Source: Sphingomicrobium sp. (GTDB lineage Bacteria > Pseudomonadota > Alphaproteobacteria > Sphingomonadales > Sphingomonadaceae). From it: a stretch of 64,000 nt of DNA. Position 1 is the stretch's first letter, and every line of letters starts with the position of its first letter. The stretch is taken from assembly GCA_037721775.1 (NCBI GenBank), contig JBBJOG010000012.1, positions 1,635 through 65,634 on the forward strand, written 5' to 3'. Of this stretch, positions 47,982-56,441 are shown one piece after another. Made by a program: the position numbers and the translations under genes. The notes below the pieces were generated by a model, which was given only the letters and a program-made list of their open reading frames with translations, was not told the origin of the DNA and ran no database searches.

Positions 47982-48399
47982 GTCGGTTGCCCTTTGAAAC
48001 TAACTCTATATTTTGGTTCGGGCGCGGTCTTACCCCACCAGCCCTGAGCGATTTTGCTCGATCAATAGTGGGAAAACTGTTCCCACTATTCCACGGGTGC
48101 GCCGGGTCGAGCGGCGTGCCATCGGGGTTGCATCCCTTCCTTGGCTTCGTGCTCTTGATCGCCCCGGCTTCCCCCCCGCGTGCCGTCTTCGCGCTGTGAC
48201 AGCCCGGACAATATGAGGCGAGGCCATCATGCCCAGGGAAGGCAGGCCCGCCCTCGCTCATAGCGTGCCGGTGATCCACGGTGTTCGCCATGCGATAGGG
48301 CTTGCCCATCGCTGTGCATCCTTCGCAGAATGGGAAGCGGGCAAGGTGCGCGGCCCTGAGCTTACGCCATGCGCCGGTGTTGTAAGGCCAGTCAGCCAT
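47971..48399 (-). CDS. HNH endonuclease (terminase-associated type)
   Basis: PFCEGC...TVDHR...YCPGCHSAKT; GCNPDGTPLDPAHPW tail. Confidence 0.9.
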   Translation of the reverse strand: MADWPYNTGAWRKLRAAHLARFPFCEGCTAMGKPYRMANTVDHRHAMSEGGPAFPGHDGLASYCPGCHSAKTARGGEAGAIKSTKPRKGCNPDGTPLDPAHPWNSGNSFPTIDRAKSLRAGGVRPRPNQNIELVSKGNRHGR

Positions 48400-48604
48400 G
48401 CTCAGGCCCCATCATTGCGATTAGGTGCCAATCCTTGAGCACGCTCGCTAGGATCGTGGCACGCGATCGGGAGACGCGGCTGCCGCGCAGCACGCCCTCG
48501 ATCTCCCTTGCCGTCATCGGGCGGGATACCGCGTCGAGCACCAGGATGGCCGTCTGTTTCTGTTCCGGCGTCATGTCCTCGATCAGCTCGTGCAGGTCAG
48601 CCAT
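48392..48604 (-). CDS. Hypothetical protein (70 aa)
   Basis: Overlaps flanking ORFs. Confidence 0.65.
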   Translation of the reverse strand: MADLHELIEDMTPEQKQTAILVLDAVSRPMTAREIEGVLRGSRVSRSRATILASVLKDWHLIAMMGPEHG

Positions 48605-48758
48605 GCGCCAGCCCCCTCAGCTCGCGGGAGTATAGATGTGCCGCTGGCGGCACATTTGGAGGTGTCTGGTGGATGTAGCGTTCCGGGTTGCTCCAATCGG
48701 GCGATAGCCGTCCGATCTCGCGGGCAAGGTCGAGCATCTTGGTATCCGGGGCCATCAT
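48597..48758 (-). CDS. Hypothetical protein (53 aa)
   Basis: Not in ORF track; MMAPDTKMLDLAREIGRLSPDWSNPERY...; ATG overlaps helicase stop. Confidence 0.55.
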   Translation of the reverse strand: MMAPDTKMLDLAREIGRLSPDWSNPERYIHQTPPNVPPAAHLYSRELRGLAHG

Positions 48759-50137
48759 GCCTGCCCCCAATCAATGTCATCTTCATCGGGGGCAGGCGGC
48801 CCAAGGGCCTGCCCCTTATTATACGTAGTATATAGGGGGGTTGGCGCACGCACCTTGGCGCAAGTGTTTTCAATGACTTGGCTAGGGGCATGGCGCGGGT
48901 CAGCGCAGGGGGTTGGCGCAGGGGTTAGCGCGCACTTTTCAGCCGCTTTGATGCCGACCGCAAAGTGCCGGTTTGGCAGTTTCCAAAGCTCCTGATTGAG
49001 CTGGATTCTGCCCAGGTGCAGCAGTCGCTCGAACGCGGCTTCGTATGCCTTGCGCGAGAATTGCCTGCCCTCGGTCATCTTCGCAAAGACGGTCGGGGCA
49101 TAGTTGACGCCGGGGTTATGAGAGACGGCGCGGTTGCTTTCCGTCGCCGCCGCCAAGCATCGCATGAAGGCTTCGTTTTCAGCCGACGCTTGAATGGTCA
49201 GCGCAATGTCCCTCGCTGCATCAGCGGGCAAGTCGGACTCGCGAACATAGGCCATCCGGTGCCAGCGGAACGCGAGCGTTTCACCGTTGCGGGCATAGTT
49301 GGATTTCTGGCGCGACAGCACTCTAGCGTCGGGATCGAGCACCGACCCGTCACTGTCCTTTGGCGTCTCCATGAACAGCCGGGAGCGAACCTGATTCTCC
49401 CAGGCCGTCGAGCCGGAGAAGCTATCGCCAGCCTTGTTCGGATGGCCGATGAACAGCACCGACCCCTTTACGGTCATGGCGAGCTTGTTAAGCAGGTTCA
49501 CGAATTGAGCGACCTCGTGCCGGATATTCTCGTTTCCCGCAAACAGGTGCGCCACGTTGTCGATGCCAATGAAACGGGCACCGATCGCTTGCGCCATGCC
49601 ATTGAGCGCCTGCCAGCGCGGCGTCGTCTGCATTGACGGGCTTGTGTTGCCGAACTCGTCTTTCACTTGGGCATGGCCGAACGTCGCCAGCTCAGTGTCG
49701 GTATGCCCCGCGAGCGAAACAAGGTGCAGCTTGCCGTCAAGCGCGCTCAGCGGCACGCCCAGCGCATCGCAGATGGCCTTCTGACGTTGATGCAGGGCAA
49801 TCTCGTCGTCTTCGCAGGTGATGTAGAGCGCGACCGATTGCCGCGTCTCCACGCCCATGAACGGCAAGCCCAGCGCGATGGCGGTGCATAGCTGTTGCGT
49901 TAGTAACGACTTGCCCGATGCGCCCGGGCCGGTGAGGTAGGTTGCTTGCCGCGCCGGTATCCAGTCGGTGAGCGCCCATTCCCGCTCAGGCGTCGGTTGC
50001 CCCTGCCATGTTGCCGGATTGAGCAACGGCATAGTTTTGCGCCATTGATCCACCATTGAACTGTTGCCGAAAGCAATGCTTTCCGCGGCCTGTTCGAACG
50101 GTGCCCATGCGTCATCATTGTTAGTTGGCTGGAGCAT
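48755..50137 (-). CDS. RepA-like (AAA_25/SF4-type) helicase
   Basis: YLTGPGASGKSLL, YITCEDD, IGIDN, IGHPNK, FSGSTAWEN..R; start probably ATG 50137. Confidence 0.88.
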   Translation of the reverse strand: MLQPTNNDDAWAPFEQAAESIAFGNSSMVDQWRKTMPLLNPATWQGQPTPEREWALTDWIPARQATYLTGPGASGKSLLTQQLCTAIALGLPFMGVETRQSVALYITCEDDEIALHQRQKAICDALGVPLSALDGKLHLVSLAGHTDTELATFGHAQVKDEFGNTSPSMQTTPRWQALNGMAQAIGARFIGIDNVAHLFAGNENIRHEVAQFVNLLNKLAMTVKGSVLFIGHPNKAGDSFSGSTAWENQVRSRLFMETPKDSDGSVLDPDARVLSRQKSNYARNGETLAFRWHRMAYVRESDLPADAARDIALTIQASAENEAFMRCLAAATESNRAVSHNPGVNYAPTVFAKMTEGRQFSRKAYEAAFERLLHLGRIQLNQELWKLPNRHFAVGIKAAEKCALTPAPTPCADPRHAPSQVIENTCAKVRAPTPLYTTYNKGQALGPPAPDEDDIDWGQA

Positions 50138-50453
50138 CGAAGCCTCCCATCCGGTCGAGCGTCGAGGCCGTGCAAAGCAGCCGGAGACAGACGTTCGCAG
50201 CATCCTCCAGGTTGCCCAGGTCCTGAAACCTAAAGACATAGGCCGCCGACACATCGAGAATGACTTGATGCAGGCTAAGCGCCTGGTCGGTATGCCCGCT
50301 CGGGTTCGACAGTGCGGTTGTCGCGAGGTCTCGCGAAGTCATCAGCCGCTTGCGGAGCTTCCTGATATTCTCAGGCTCATTGATGGGCACCAGGGCCGAC
50401 AGCGCCGCGTCGTATCGGTCGGGAACGGTGATCGCGGGGAAGGGCATATTCAT
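50121..50453 (-). CDS. Hypothetical protein (110 aa)
   Basis: Overlaps helicase start; SD GGGAGGG upstream. Confidence 0.65.
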   Translation of the reverse strand: MNMPFPAITVPDRYDAALSALVPINEPENIRKLRKRLMTSRDLATTALSNPSGHTDQALSLHQVILDVSAAYVFRFQDLGNLEDAANVCLRLLCTASTLDRMGGFDAPAN

Positions 50454-50669
50454 TGCGCTGCCCTCCCGCTTGCGGTATCATTCGCTTGCCTGCCCGCTGC
50501 TATGGAAAGGCCCGCCCTCGCATCGGTTGCCGCCGACGCGGGGGCTTCTTTTTGCCCCGGCGGAGCGCCTGAGCGGTTAGCCATTGGGAAAAGGTCGCGA
50601 GAGCAATTCGTGATCGACAGCGTGCCGGTTAGCCTTTGCTTGTCACTGTTTTCGTTAGACTGTTGCACC

Positions 50670-50685
50670 CCTCTTGGGTGCGCCA
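50670..50685 (+). repeat. attR core (16 bp)
   Basis: CCTCTTGGGTGCGCCA duplicate of the tRNA-Arg 3' end. Confidence 0.92.
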
Positions 50686-50714
50686 ATCTTTTCACCTTCG
50701 GCTAGAGTACAAAG

Positions 50715-51773
50715 CTAGTCCTTGCCGTCGCCTGGCATCGGCGTGTCGGTGTGCAGCGTCTCGATCACGTACAGGCGCTTGACCAGCACGAGGGTGACGA
50801 CCGCCAGCGGCGCGGCGAGGATCACGCCCAAGGTCCCGAACAATGTGCCGAAACCGATCAGCGCGAACAACAGCACAACTCCGGGAAGGTCGACCGCATA
50901 TTGCTGAATCATCGGGGTCAGCAAAGTGCCTTCGATCTGCTGGACGCCGAGGTAAAGCAGGATAACCCACAAGGTCACCTCCGGCCCCATCGCAAGCGCC
51001 AGCAGCACCGCCGGCACCGCGGCAATGAACGGCCCGGCGAACGGGATGAACTCCAGCAGGCCGGCAAGCAGGCCGAGCGCAAGCGCCGACGGCATTCCGA
51101 GCAGCCACAAGCCAATTCCGATCGTCAAACCCACCACCACCATCGCGATCGCCTGGCCCATGAGCCACAGGCGCAGCGCGCGCTCCGATTCCAGCATAGC
51201 CTCGGCGGCGACCTTGCGCCTCTCTTGCGGAACCAGCTTGATCACGCCCGTGCGATAGAATTTGGGCTGGGTGGCAAGATAGATTCCGGCGAAGATCACC
51301 ACCACCAGATCGGCGATCCCGCTGCCGACCGACAGCAGGGTCCGGCCGAAGCCCGACAGGCTGCCGCCGCCCGGGGTGCTGATGCTTGCCGCCAATTGCT
51401 CGAGCTGGTTGCCGAGGCCGAAGTTGCCGATCCGCTTCTCGAACGCTTCCCACGCCGTCGGCAGTTTGTCCCAGAGCGACTGCATTTCCTGGCCGATATG
51501 CGATCCGAACACGGCGATCAGCGACACTAATCCGCCAAGCACCAGCAGGATCGCCAGCGCCGTCGACGCCCAACCGGGCAGCCGCGTGACCCGGAAAATG
51601 CCGTCGGCGACGGCGCGGAAAATGCTAGCGATGACAACCGCGCCGAACAGCATCAGCAGCAAAATGCGCAGTTTCCAGACGAGAAAGAACAGCGCCGCGA
51701 GACCGAGCGCGATCAGGACCCGGTGGACGAACACCTTGTCGCTAATTGCTTTGGGAGCCTGCCGATCCGCCAC
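50715..51773 (-). CDS. AI-2E family (PerM-like) transporter
   Basis: GLLEFIPFAGP, QQIEGTLLTP, GVILAAPL. Confidence 0.9.
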   Translation of the reverse strand: MADRQAPKAISDKVFVHRVLIALGLAALFFLVWKLRILLLMLFGAVVIASIFRAVADGIFRVTRLPGWASTALAILLVLGGLVSLIAVFGSHIGQEMQSLWDKLPTAWEAFEKRIGNFGLGNQLEQLAASISTPGGGSLSGFGRTLLSVGSGIADLVVVIFAGIYLATQPKFYRTGVIKLVPQERRKVAAEAMLESERALRLWLMGQAIAMVVVGLTIGIGLWLLGMPSALALGLLAGLLEFIPFAGPFIAAVPAVLLALAMGPEVTLWVILLYLGVQQIEGTLLTPMIQQYAVDLPGVVLLFALIGFGTLFGTLGVILAAPLAVVTLVLVKRLYVIETLHTDTPMPGDGKD

Positions 51774-51972
51774 TCTGCCTCCGACCTGATGCCGGAAGGT
51801 TCAAAGCACGGCGCCGTCACCTGTTCCGCGACAGCAACGAAACCCGGCTAGGCGAGTTCGCTTTGCCTGCTCTGCTTGGTAGTTTTCTGCCGTGCCGCTT
51901 CGGTCTTGAGCACGATCTTGGTGCAGCAACCTCCATCGATGGAGGGTCAACAGCGGCACTGGCCGCCGGTTC

Positions 51973-53157
51973 CTACGCTTCCTGCCAAGTCTCGATCAGT
52001 TCGACGAAACGGGTCAGCCACGCGTTGGTCTGGTGGCCGTCGACGACGCGGTGGTCGATGGTCAGGGTGACGTAGGCCATCGGCCGGATGACGATCGCGT
52101 CGTCGCCATCGACCTCGCGCACCACGACGCGCTTTTCCAGCTTGCCGATGCCGAGGATCGCGGCTTGCCCCTGGTGCAGGATGATCGGGGAGGCCAGCAG
52201 GGATCCCGACACGCCGTGGTTGGAAATAGTGAAGCTTCCGCCCGACACGTCGGCGCCGGTCAGCTTGCCGTCGCGGGCACGGCTGGTGAGGTCGTCGAGC
52301 TTTGCGCCGATCTGCTCGAGGCTGAGCGAGCCCGCATCCTTGACCACCGGGACAATCAGCCCCTTTTCGCCGAGCGCGGTGCCGACGCCGATGTCGATCG
52401 TCGGCGCGACGGCGATTCGGTCCTCTTCCCAGCGCCCGTTGATCGCCGGCGCGGCGGCCATCGCTTCGGCCGCCGCCTTGACGATGTAAGCGGTATAGCT
52501 AAGCTTGGTGCCGCGCTCCTCAAGCGCCGCTTTGTGCGCGGCGACCGCCGAGAAATCGGCTTCGAACAAAGCGGTGACGTGCGGCGCCTCGGCCACCGCT
52601 CGGACCATGTTCTCGGCGATCTTGAGCCGCATCCGGTCATGCGGGATATCGGACGACGCGAACTTGCGCGGTTGCGCTGTGGCCGGCTCGCCGACGGTGA
52701 CCACGGTGGCATCGGCCACGGCGCGATCGACGTCCTCGCGGGTGATCCGCCCGCCCCGTCCGCTGCCCTGGATGCGCGCGGGGTCGATCCCATGCTGCAG
52801 GCAGGCTCGGCGAACCGAGGGGGAGAGGCGGTTCTCCGCCCCTCCGTTCCCCGGCGCAAGCCGGGGCCCAGGAGCGCCGGATGGCGCTGCTTGCGCATCG
52901 CCTTGGGCCCCGGCCTGCGCCGGGGAACGTGCATCGATCCGCCCCAACACCGCCCCGGGCACCGCATCCGCATCCGTATCCAGAACGATCTCGGCAAGTA
53001 CGCCGGCCGCCGGCGCCGGCACCTCCTGGGTCACCTTGTCGGTCTCCAGCTCGACCAAAGGATCGTTGAGAGCGACAGTGTCGCCGACCTGCTTGAGCCA
53101 AGCGCGAACGACGGCTTTGGTGCCCTCCTGCTCGTCGGGAACGCGAACCTCGATCAA
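51973..53157 (-). CDS. 2-oxoacid dehydrogenase E2 (dihydrolipoamide acyltransferase)
   Basis: Lipoyl ETDKV, PSBD (GSGRGGRITREDV), DHRVVDG. Confidence 0.95.
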   Translation of the reverse strand: MIEVRVPDEQEGTKAVVRAWLKQVGDTVALNDPLVELETDKVTQEVPAPAAGVLAEIVLDTDADAVPGAVLGRIDARSPAQAGAQGDAQAAPSGAPGPRLAPGNGGAENRLSPSVRRACLQHGIDPARIQGSGRGGRITREDVDRAVADATVVTVGEPATAQPRKFASSDIPHDRMRLKIAENMVRAVAEAPHVTALFEADFSAVAAHKAALEERGTKLSYTAYIVKAAAEAMAAAPAINGRWEEDRIAVAPTIDIGVGTALGEKGLIVPVVKDAGSLSLEQIGAKLDDLTSRARDGKLTGADVSGGSFTISNHGVSGSLLASPIILHQGQAAILGIGKLEKRVVVREVDGDDAIVIRPMAYVTLTIDHRVVDGHQTNAWLTRFVELIETWQEA

Positions 53158-53160
53158 CGC

Positions 53161-55212
53161 CTAAAACCCCACCAGCCGGTCGATCTCGGCGCGGATTTTT
53201 GCGACCGACGGAAGCGCCCATTCGAGCAGCTTGGGGTGATGCGGGCTTGGGATGTCGGGCATCGTCACCCGCGCCACCGGAGCGTCGAGGTCGATGAAGG
53301 CTTCGTCGGCGACCACGGCGGCAATCTCGGCGCCGAAGCCGCCGGTGCGCAAATCCTCGTGGACAATGAGGCAGCGGCGGGTGCGGCGAACGCTGTCCAG
53401 CACCATGTCGCGGTCCCACGGCATAAGCGTGCGCAGGTCGATGACGTCGGCGCTTACGCCCTCGGCCGCCGCCTCGCAGCGCGGCACCATCGCTCCCCAA
53501 GTGACGATGGTGATCGAGTCGCCTTGCCTGGTCTTGTTGGCCAGACCAAACCGAAGCACACAATCCTCGCCGGGCCACGGCCGCCTCGCCCAGGCGTCGT
53601 CGAGCATCGCGCGATGCTCGAAGAAGATGACCGGATCGTTGCCGCGAAGCGCGGCCCGAAGCAGGCCGACCGCGTCCTCGGCGTTGGATGGGACAGCAAC
53701 CTTCCAGCCCGGGTTGTGAATGAACTCGACCTCGTTGGTCATGCTGTGCCACGGGTCGCCGCACTTGAAGAAGCCGCCCGGCACCCGAAGAACCATCGGC
53801 GCAGCGAAGCGGTTGTGGGTGCGCCAGCGCATCGTTCCGCAGTCGTGGATCTGCTCGGTCGCCGGCTCGGAATATTTGCGGAACTGGATTTCGGGCACCG
53901 GCATCAGCCCGGCGAGCGCCATTCCGACGGCGCGACCGACAATCCCTTCCTCGTTCAATGAGGTATCGAACACCCGGGCGCGGCCGAACTTGTCCTGAAG
54001 CCCGAGCGTAACCGCGTGGACCCCGCCCTTGGGCCCGACATCCTCGCCGAACACCAGCACGCGCGGGTTGGCCTCGAGCTCCTGCTCGAGTGTGCGGCGG
54101 ATCGCGGTGACCATGTTGATCCGCTGGCCCTCGCCGTTCGGCTCGCCAGTCGACGGTGGCGCCTGGTAGCCCGAGTTCCACAGGCCCCCGACCTGCTGCA
54201 GCTCGCCGTTCGAAAAGACATGCTCGGTAACCCGCTCGGGATCCGAAATTCCGCGCGACTCGGCTTGTGCCAGCGCCGCCGCGACTTCACGAGCGACCTC
54301 GCGCTCGACCTCCTCCCAGTCGCCGTCGGAAAGACCCGACTGCGCTTTCAGCCTGGGCAGCGGGTCGCGCGACCACTCGGCGGCGATCTCTTGCTCGCTC
54401 TTGTACGCCTGCGTGTCCTGGGCGCTGTGGCCCTCGAGCCTCGGCATCGTCAGCCGCAGGAGTGCAGGCGCGCGCTTTTCGCGTACATGCCGCGTGGCGT
54501 TCGCGATCAGCCGCGACGCCTCGACCGGGTCGGTGCCGTCGCCGCTGAAGATGGTCAGCCCGGCGAAGCCCGCGAGGTTGGCGGCGATGTCCTTGCCCGG
54601 CGTTTGATATTCGGACGGCACCGAGATGCCATAGCCATTGTCCTCAATATAAATTAACAGAGGCAATTGTTGCGTCGTAGCAATAGTTAGCGCTGACCAA
54701 AATCCACCGGTAGCGACGCTCGCGTCACCGCCCAGCACCAGCGCGATGGCGTCGTCCGGTCCCTCTTTCAGCACCTCGCTCTTGTAGACGATGGCCTGCG
54801 CCCAACCGGCCGCGGGCGTATATTGCGCGCCCACCCCGCCGCACATCGGCAGCGCGTGGGCGCCGCCCGGGTTCGGGTAATTGAACACGACGCCGATATC
54901 GCGGCCGTCCGAATAGCCGCCGGCCAGGCCCATGCCCGAGCCCAATGCATCGGCCAGCTGAACGCCAAGCGCCAGCAACAGCGGTCGCGATCGGTAATAG
55001 CCGCAGGCCGCATCGCCGTCCCTGAGCTGCATGCCCAGCATCACCTGCGCCATGTCGTGGCCGCGCGCGGAAAATTGGTAGAGCACCTTTTTCGCCGGGA
55101 CGAGCTCCTGCTCCTCCAGCCGGTCGAGCTCGCGGCTGGTCAGCACCAGCCGAACCACCTGCCGCCAGTCGAGATCGGCCTGCGCTACCCGGCCCGGATT
55201 CCGATCAGCCAT
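53161..55212 (-). CDS. 2-oxoacid dehydrogenase E1, fused alpha/beta
   Basis: TPP motif GGDASV...IEDNGYGIS; beta half VFGEDVG, DTSLNE; start ATG 55212 overlaps aminotransferase stop. Confidence 0.93.
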   Translation of the reverse strand: MADRNPGRVAQADLDWRQVVRLVLTSRELDRLEEQELVPAKKVLYQFSARGHDMAQVMLGMQLRDGDAACGYYRSRPLLLALGVQLADALGSGMGLAGGYSDGRDIGVVFNYPNPGGAHALPMCGGVGAQYTPAAGWAQAIVYKSEVLKEGPDDAIALVLGGDASVATGGFWSALTIATTQQLPLLIYIEDNGYGISVPSEYQTPGKDIAANLAGFAGLTIFSGDGTDPVEASRLIANATRHVREKRAPALLRLTMPRLEGHSAQDTQAYKSEQEIAAEWSRDPLPRLKAQSGLSDGDWEEVEREVAREVAAALAQAESRGISDPERVTEHVFSNGELQQVGGLWNSGYQAPPSTGEPNGEGQRINMVTAIRRTLEQELEANPRVLVFGEDVGPKGGVHAVTLGLQDKFGRARVFDTSLNEEGIVGRAVGMALAGLMPVPEIQFRKYSEPATEQIHDCGTMRWRTHNRFAAPMVLRVPGGFFKCGDPWHSMTNEVEFIHNPGWKVAVPSNAEDAVGLLRAALRGNDPVIFFEHRAMLDDAWARRPWPGEDCVLRFGLANKTRQGDSITIVTWGAMVPRCEAAAEGVSADVIDLRTLMPWDRDMVLDSVRRTRRCLIVHEDLRTGGFGAEIAAVVADEAFIDLDAPVARVTMPDIPSPHHPKLLEWALPSVAKIRAEIDRLVGF

Positions 55213-56422
55213 CCATCGCGTCCACGATCGCAGCGGTGAATCGGTCGACCGCCTCGTCGGACATGCCGACGACGTTGAACCGCCCGCTGTCGGCCATGTA
55301 GATGGCGTGGCTGTCACGAAGCTTGAACACCTGCTCCTTGGCCAGCGGCAGCATCGAGAACATGCCGAACTGGCGGCCGATGAAGCCAAGCCGCGGGTCG
55401 GCGGCGGCGACTCGCCGGCGAACCGCGTTGATCCGGTCGCGCATCGCGGCGAGCTCGACTAGCCAGTCGGCGCTTAGCTTCGGGTCGTCGAGGATGATCC
55501 GCACCGCGGCGGCGCCATGGTCGGGCGGCATCGACCACATCTCGCGCGCCCGCTGGGCGGCATGGGCCATCGCGGTCGCCGTCGATTGCGCGGAGCCGGT
55601 CTTCACGAACAGCGATCCGACGCGGTCGCGATAGACGCTGAAATTCTTGTCGCAGCTCTGCGCGATAACGACCTCGTCGCACGCCTCGAGCAGCATCCGA
55701 ACGCCGGCCGCGTCCTCGTCGATGCCGCGAGCGAACCCCTGATAGGCGATATCGATGAACGGGATCAGCCCGGTCTGCGACACCACGCTGGTCACTTCGC
55801 GCCACTGCTCCTCGCTCAAATCGGCGCCGGTCGGGTTGTGGCAGCAGCCATGCAGCAAGGCGACGTCGCCCCGCCTTGCCGAGCGCAACGTGGCGATCAT
55901 CTCATCGAAGCGGATCGCCGCCTGGCCGCGCTCGTAATAAGGAAAGTCGACCTGTTCGAGCCCGACCGCGCGGATGATCGGCGGATGGTTGGGCCAGGTC
56001 GGCGTCCCGACCAGCACCCGGGCCTGGCGGTTGGCGGTGGCGATCAGCTCGAAGCCGAGACGAAGCGCGCCGCAGCCGCCGGGCGTGTGCAACCCGGCGA
56101 TTCGATCGTCGTCGGCGTACGGCCCAAGCAGGATCGGGCGAAGCAAGTCGGTGAAACGCTTGTCGCCGCCGGTGCCGAGATAGGCCTTGGTCGACTGGGT
56201 CTCGAGCAAGCGCCGCTCAGCCTCCTTCACCACCTTGAGGATCGGCGTGTTGCCGGCGCCGTCGCGGAATACGCCGACCCCGACGTCGATCTTGTCGGGC
56301 CGCGGGTCGGCGCCGCACAGCGCGATCAGCTGCAGCAGCGAATCGCTGACGACCGGCGGTAGATCGGCAAGCCCCCCGGTTCTTGACGAGTTTTGGGCGT
56401 GCACCTCGGTTTCACTCTGCAT
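55205..56422 (-). CDS. tyrB: Aromatic/aspartate aminotransferase (AspC/TyrB type)
   Basis: KIDVGVGVF, HGCCHNPTG, DIAYQGF, SCDKNFSVYRDRVG, SGRFN. Confidence 0.9.
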   Translation of the reverse strand: MQSETEVHAQNSSRTGGLADLPPVVSDSLLQLIALCGADPRPDKIDVGVGVFRDGAGNTPILKVVKEAERRLLETQSTKAYLGTGGDKRFTDLLRPILLGPYADDDRIAGLHTPGGCGALRLGFELIATANRQARVLVGTPTWPNHPPIIRAVGLEQVDFPYYERGQAAIRFDEMIATLRSARRGDVALLHGCCHNPTGADLSEEQWREVTSVVSQTGLIPFIDIAYQGFARGIDEDAAGVRMLLEACDEVVIAQSCDKNFSVYRDRVGSLFVKTGSAQSTATAMAHAAQRAREMWSMPPDHGAAAVRIILDDPKLSADWLVELAAMRDRINAVRRRVAAADPRLGFIGRQFGMFSMLPLAKEQVFKLRDSHAIYMADSGRFNVVGMSDEAVDRFTAAIVDAMDG

Positions 56423-56441
56423 GGACGTGCGATTAGCGAAC

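Larger units (their letters stand above)
40282..50685. mobile_element. Integrated tail-less capsid-encoding phage satellite (cf-PICI-like), about 10.4 kb
   Basis: 16-bp att repeats at tRNA-Arg 3' end; integrase, portal, protease, capsid, TerL, HNH, helicase; no tail or lysis genes. Confidence 0.88.

Noticed and set aside
50450-50695. 81-aa ORF crossing attR
   Set aside because: It spans the junction and arm-site repeats; at most the 44-aa part from ATG 50584 could be real, so it is not called.
51830-51945. Small ORF between E2 and the AI-2E gene
   Set aside because: Three frames give 21-42 aa candidates, none with a well-placed SD/start pair.
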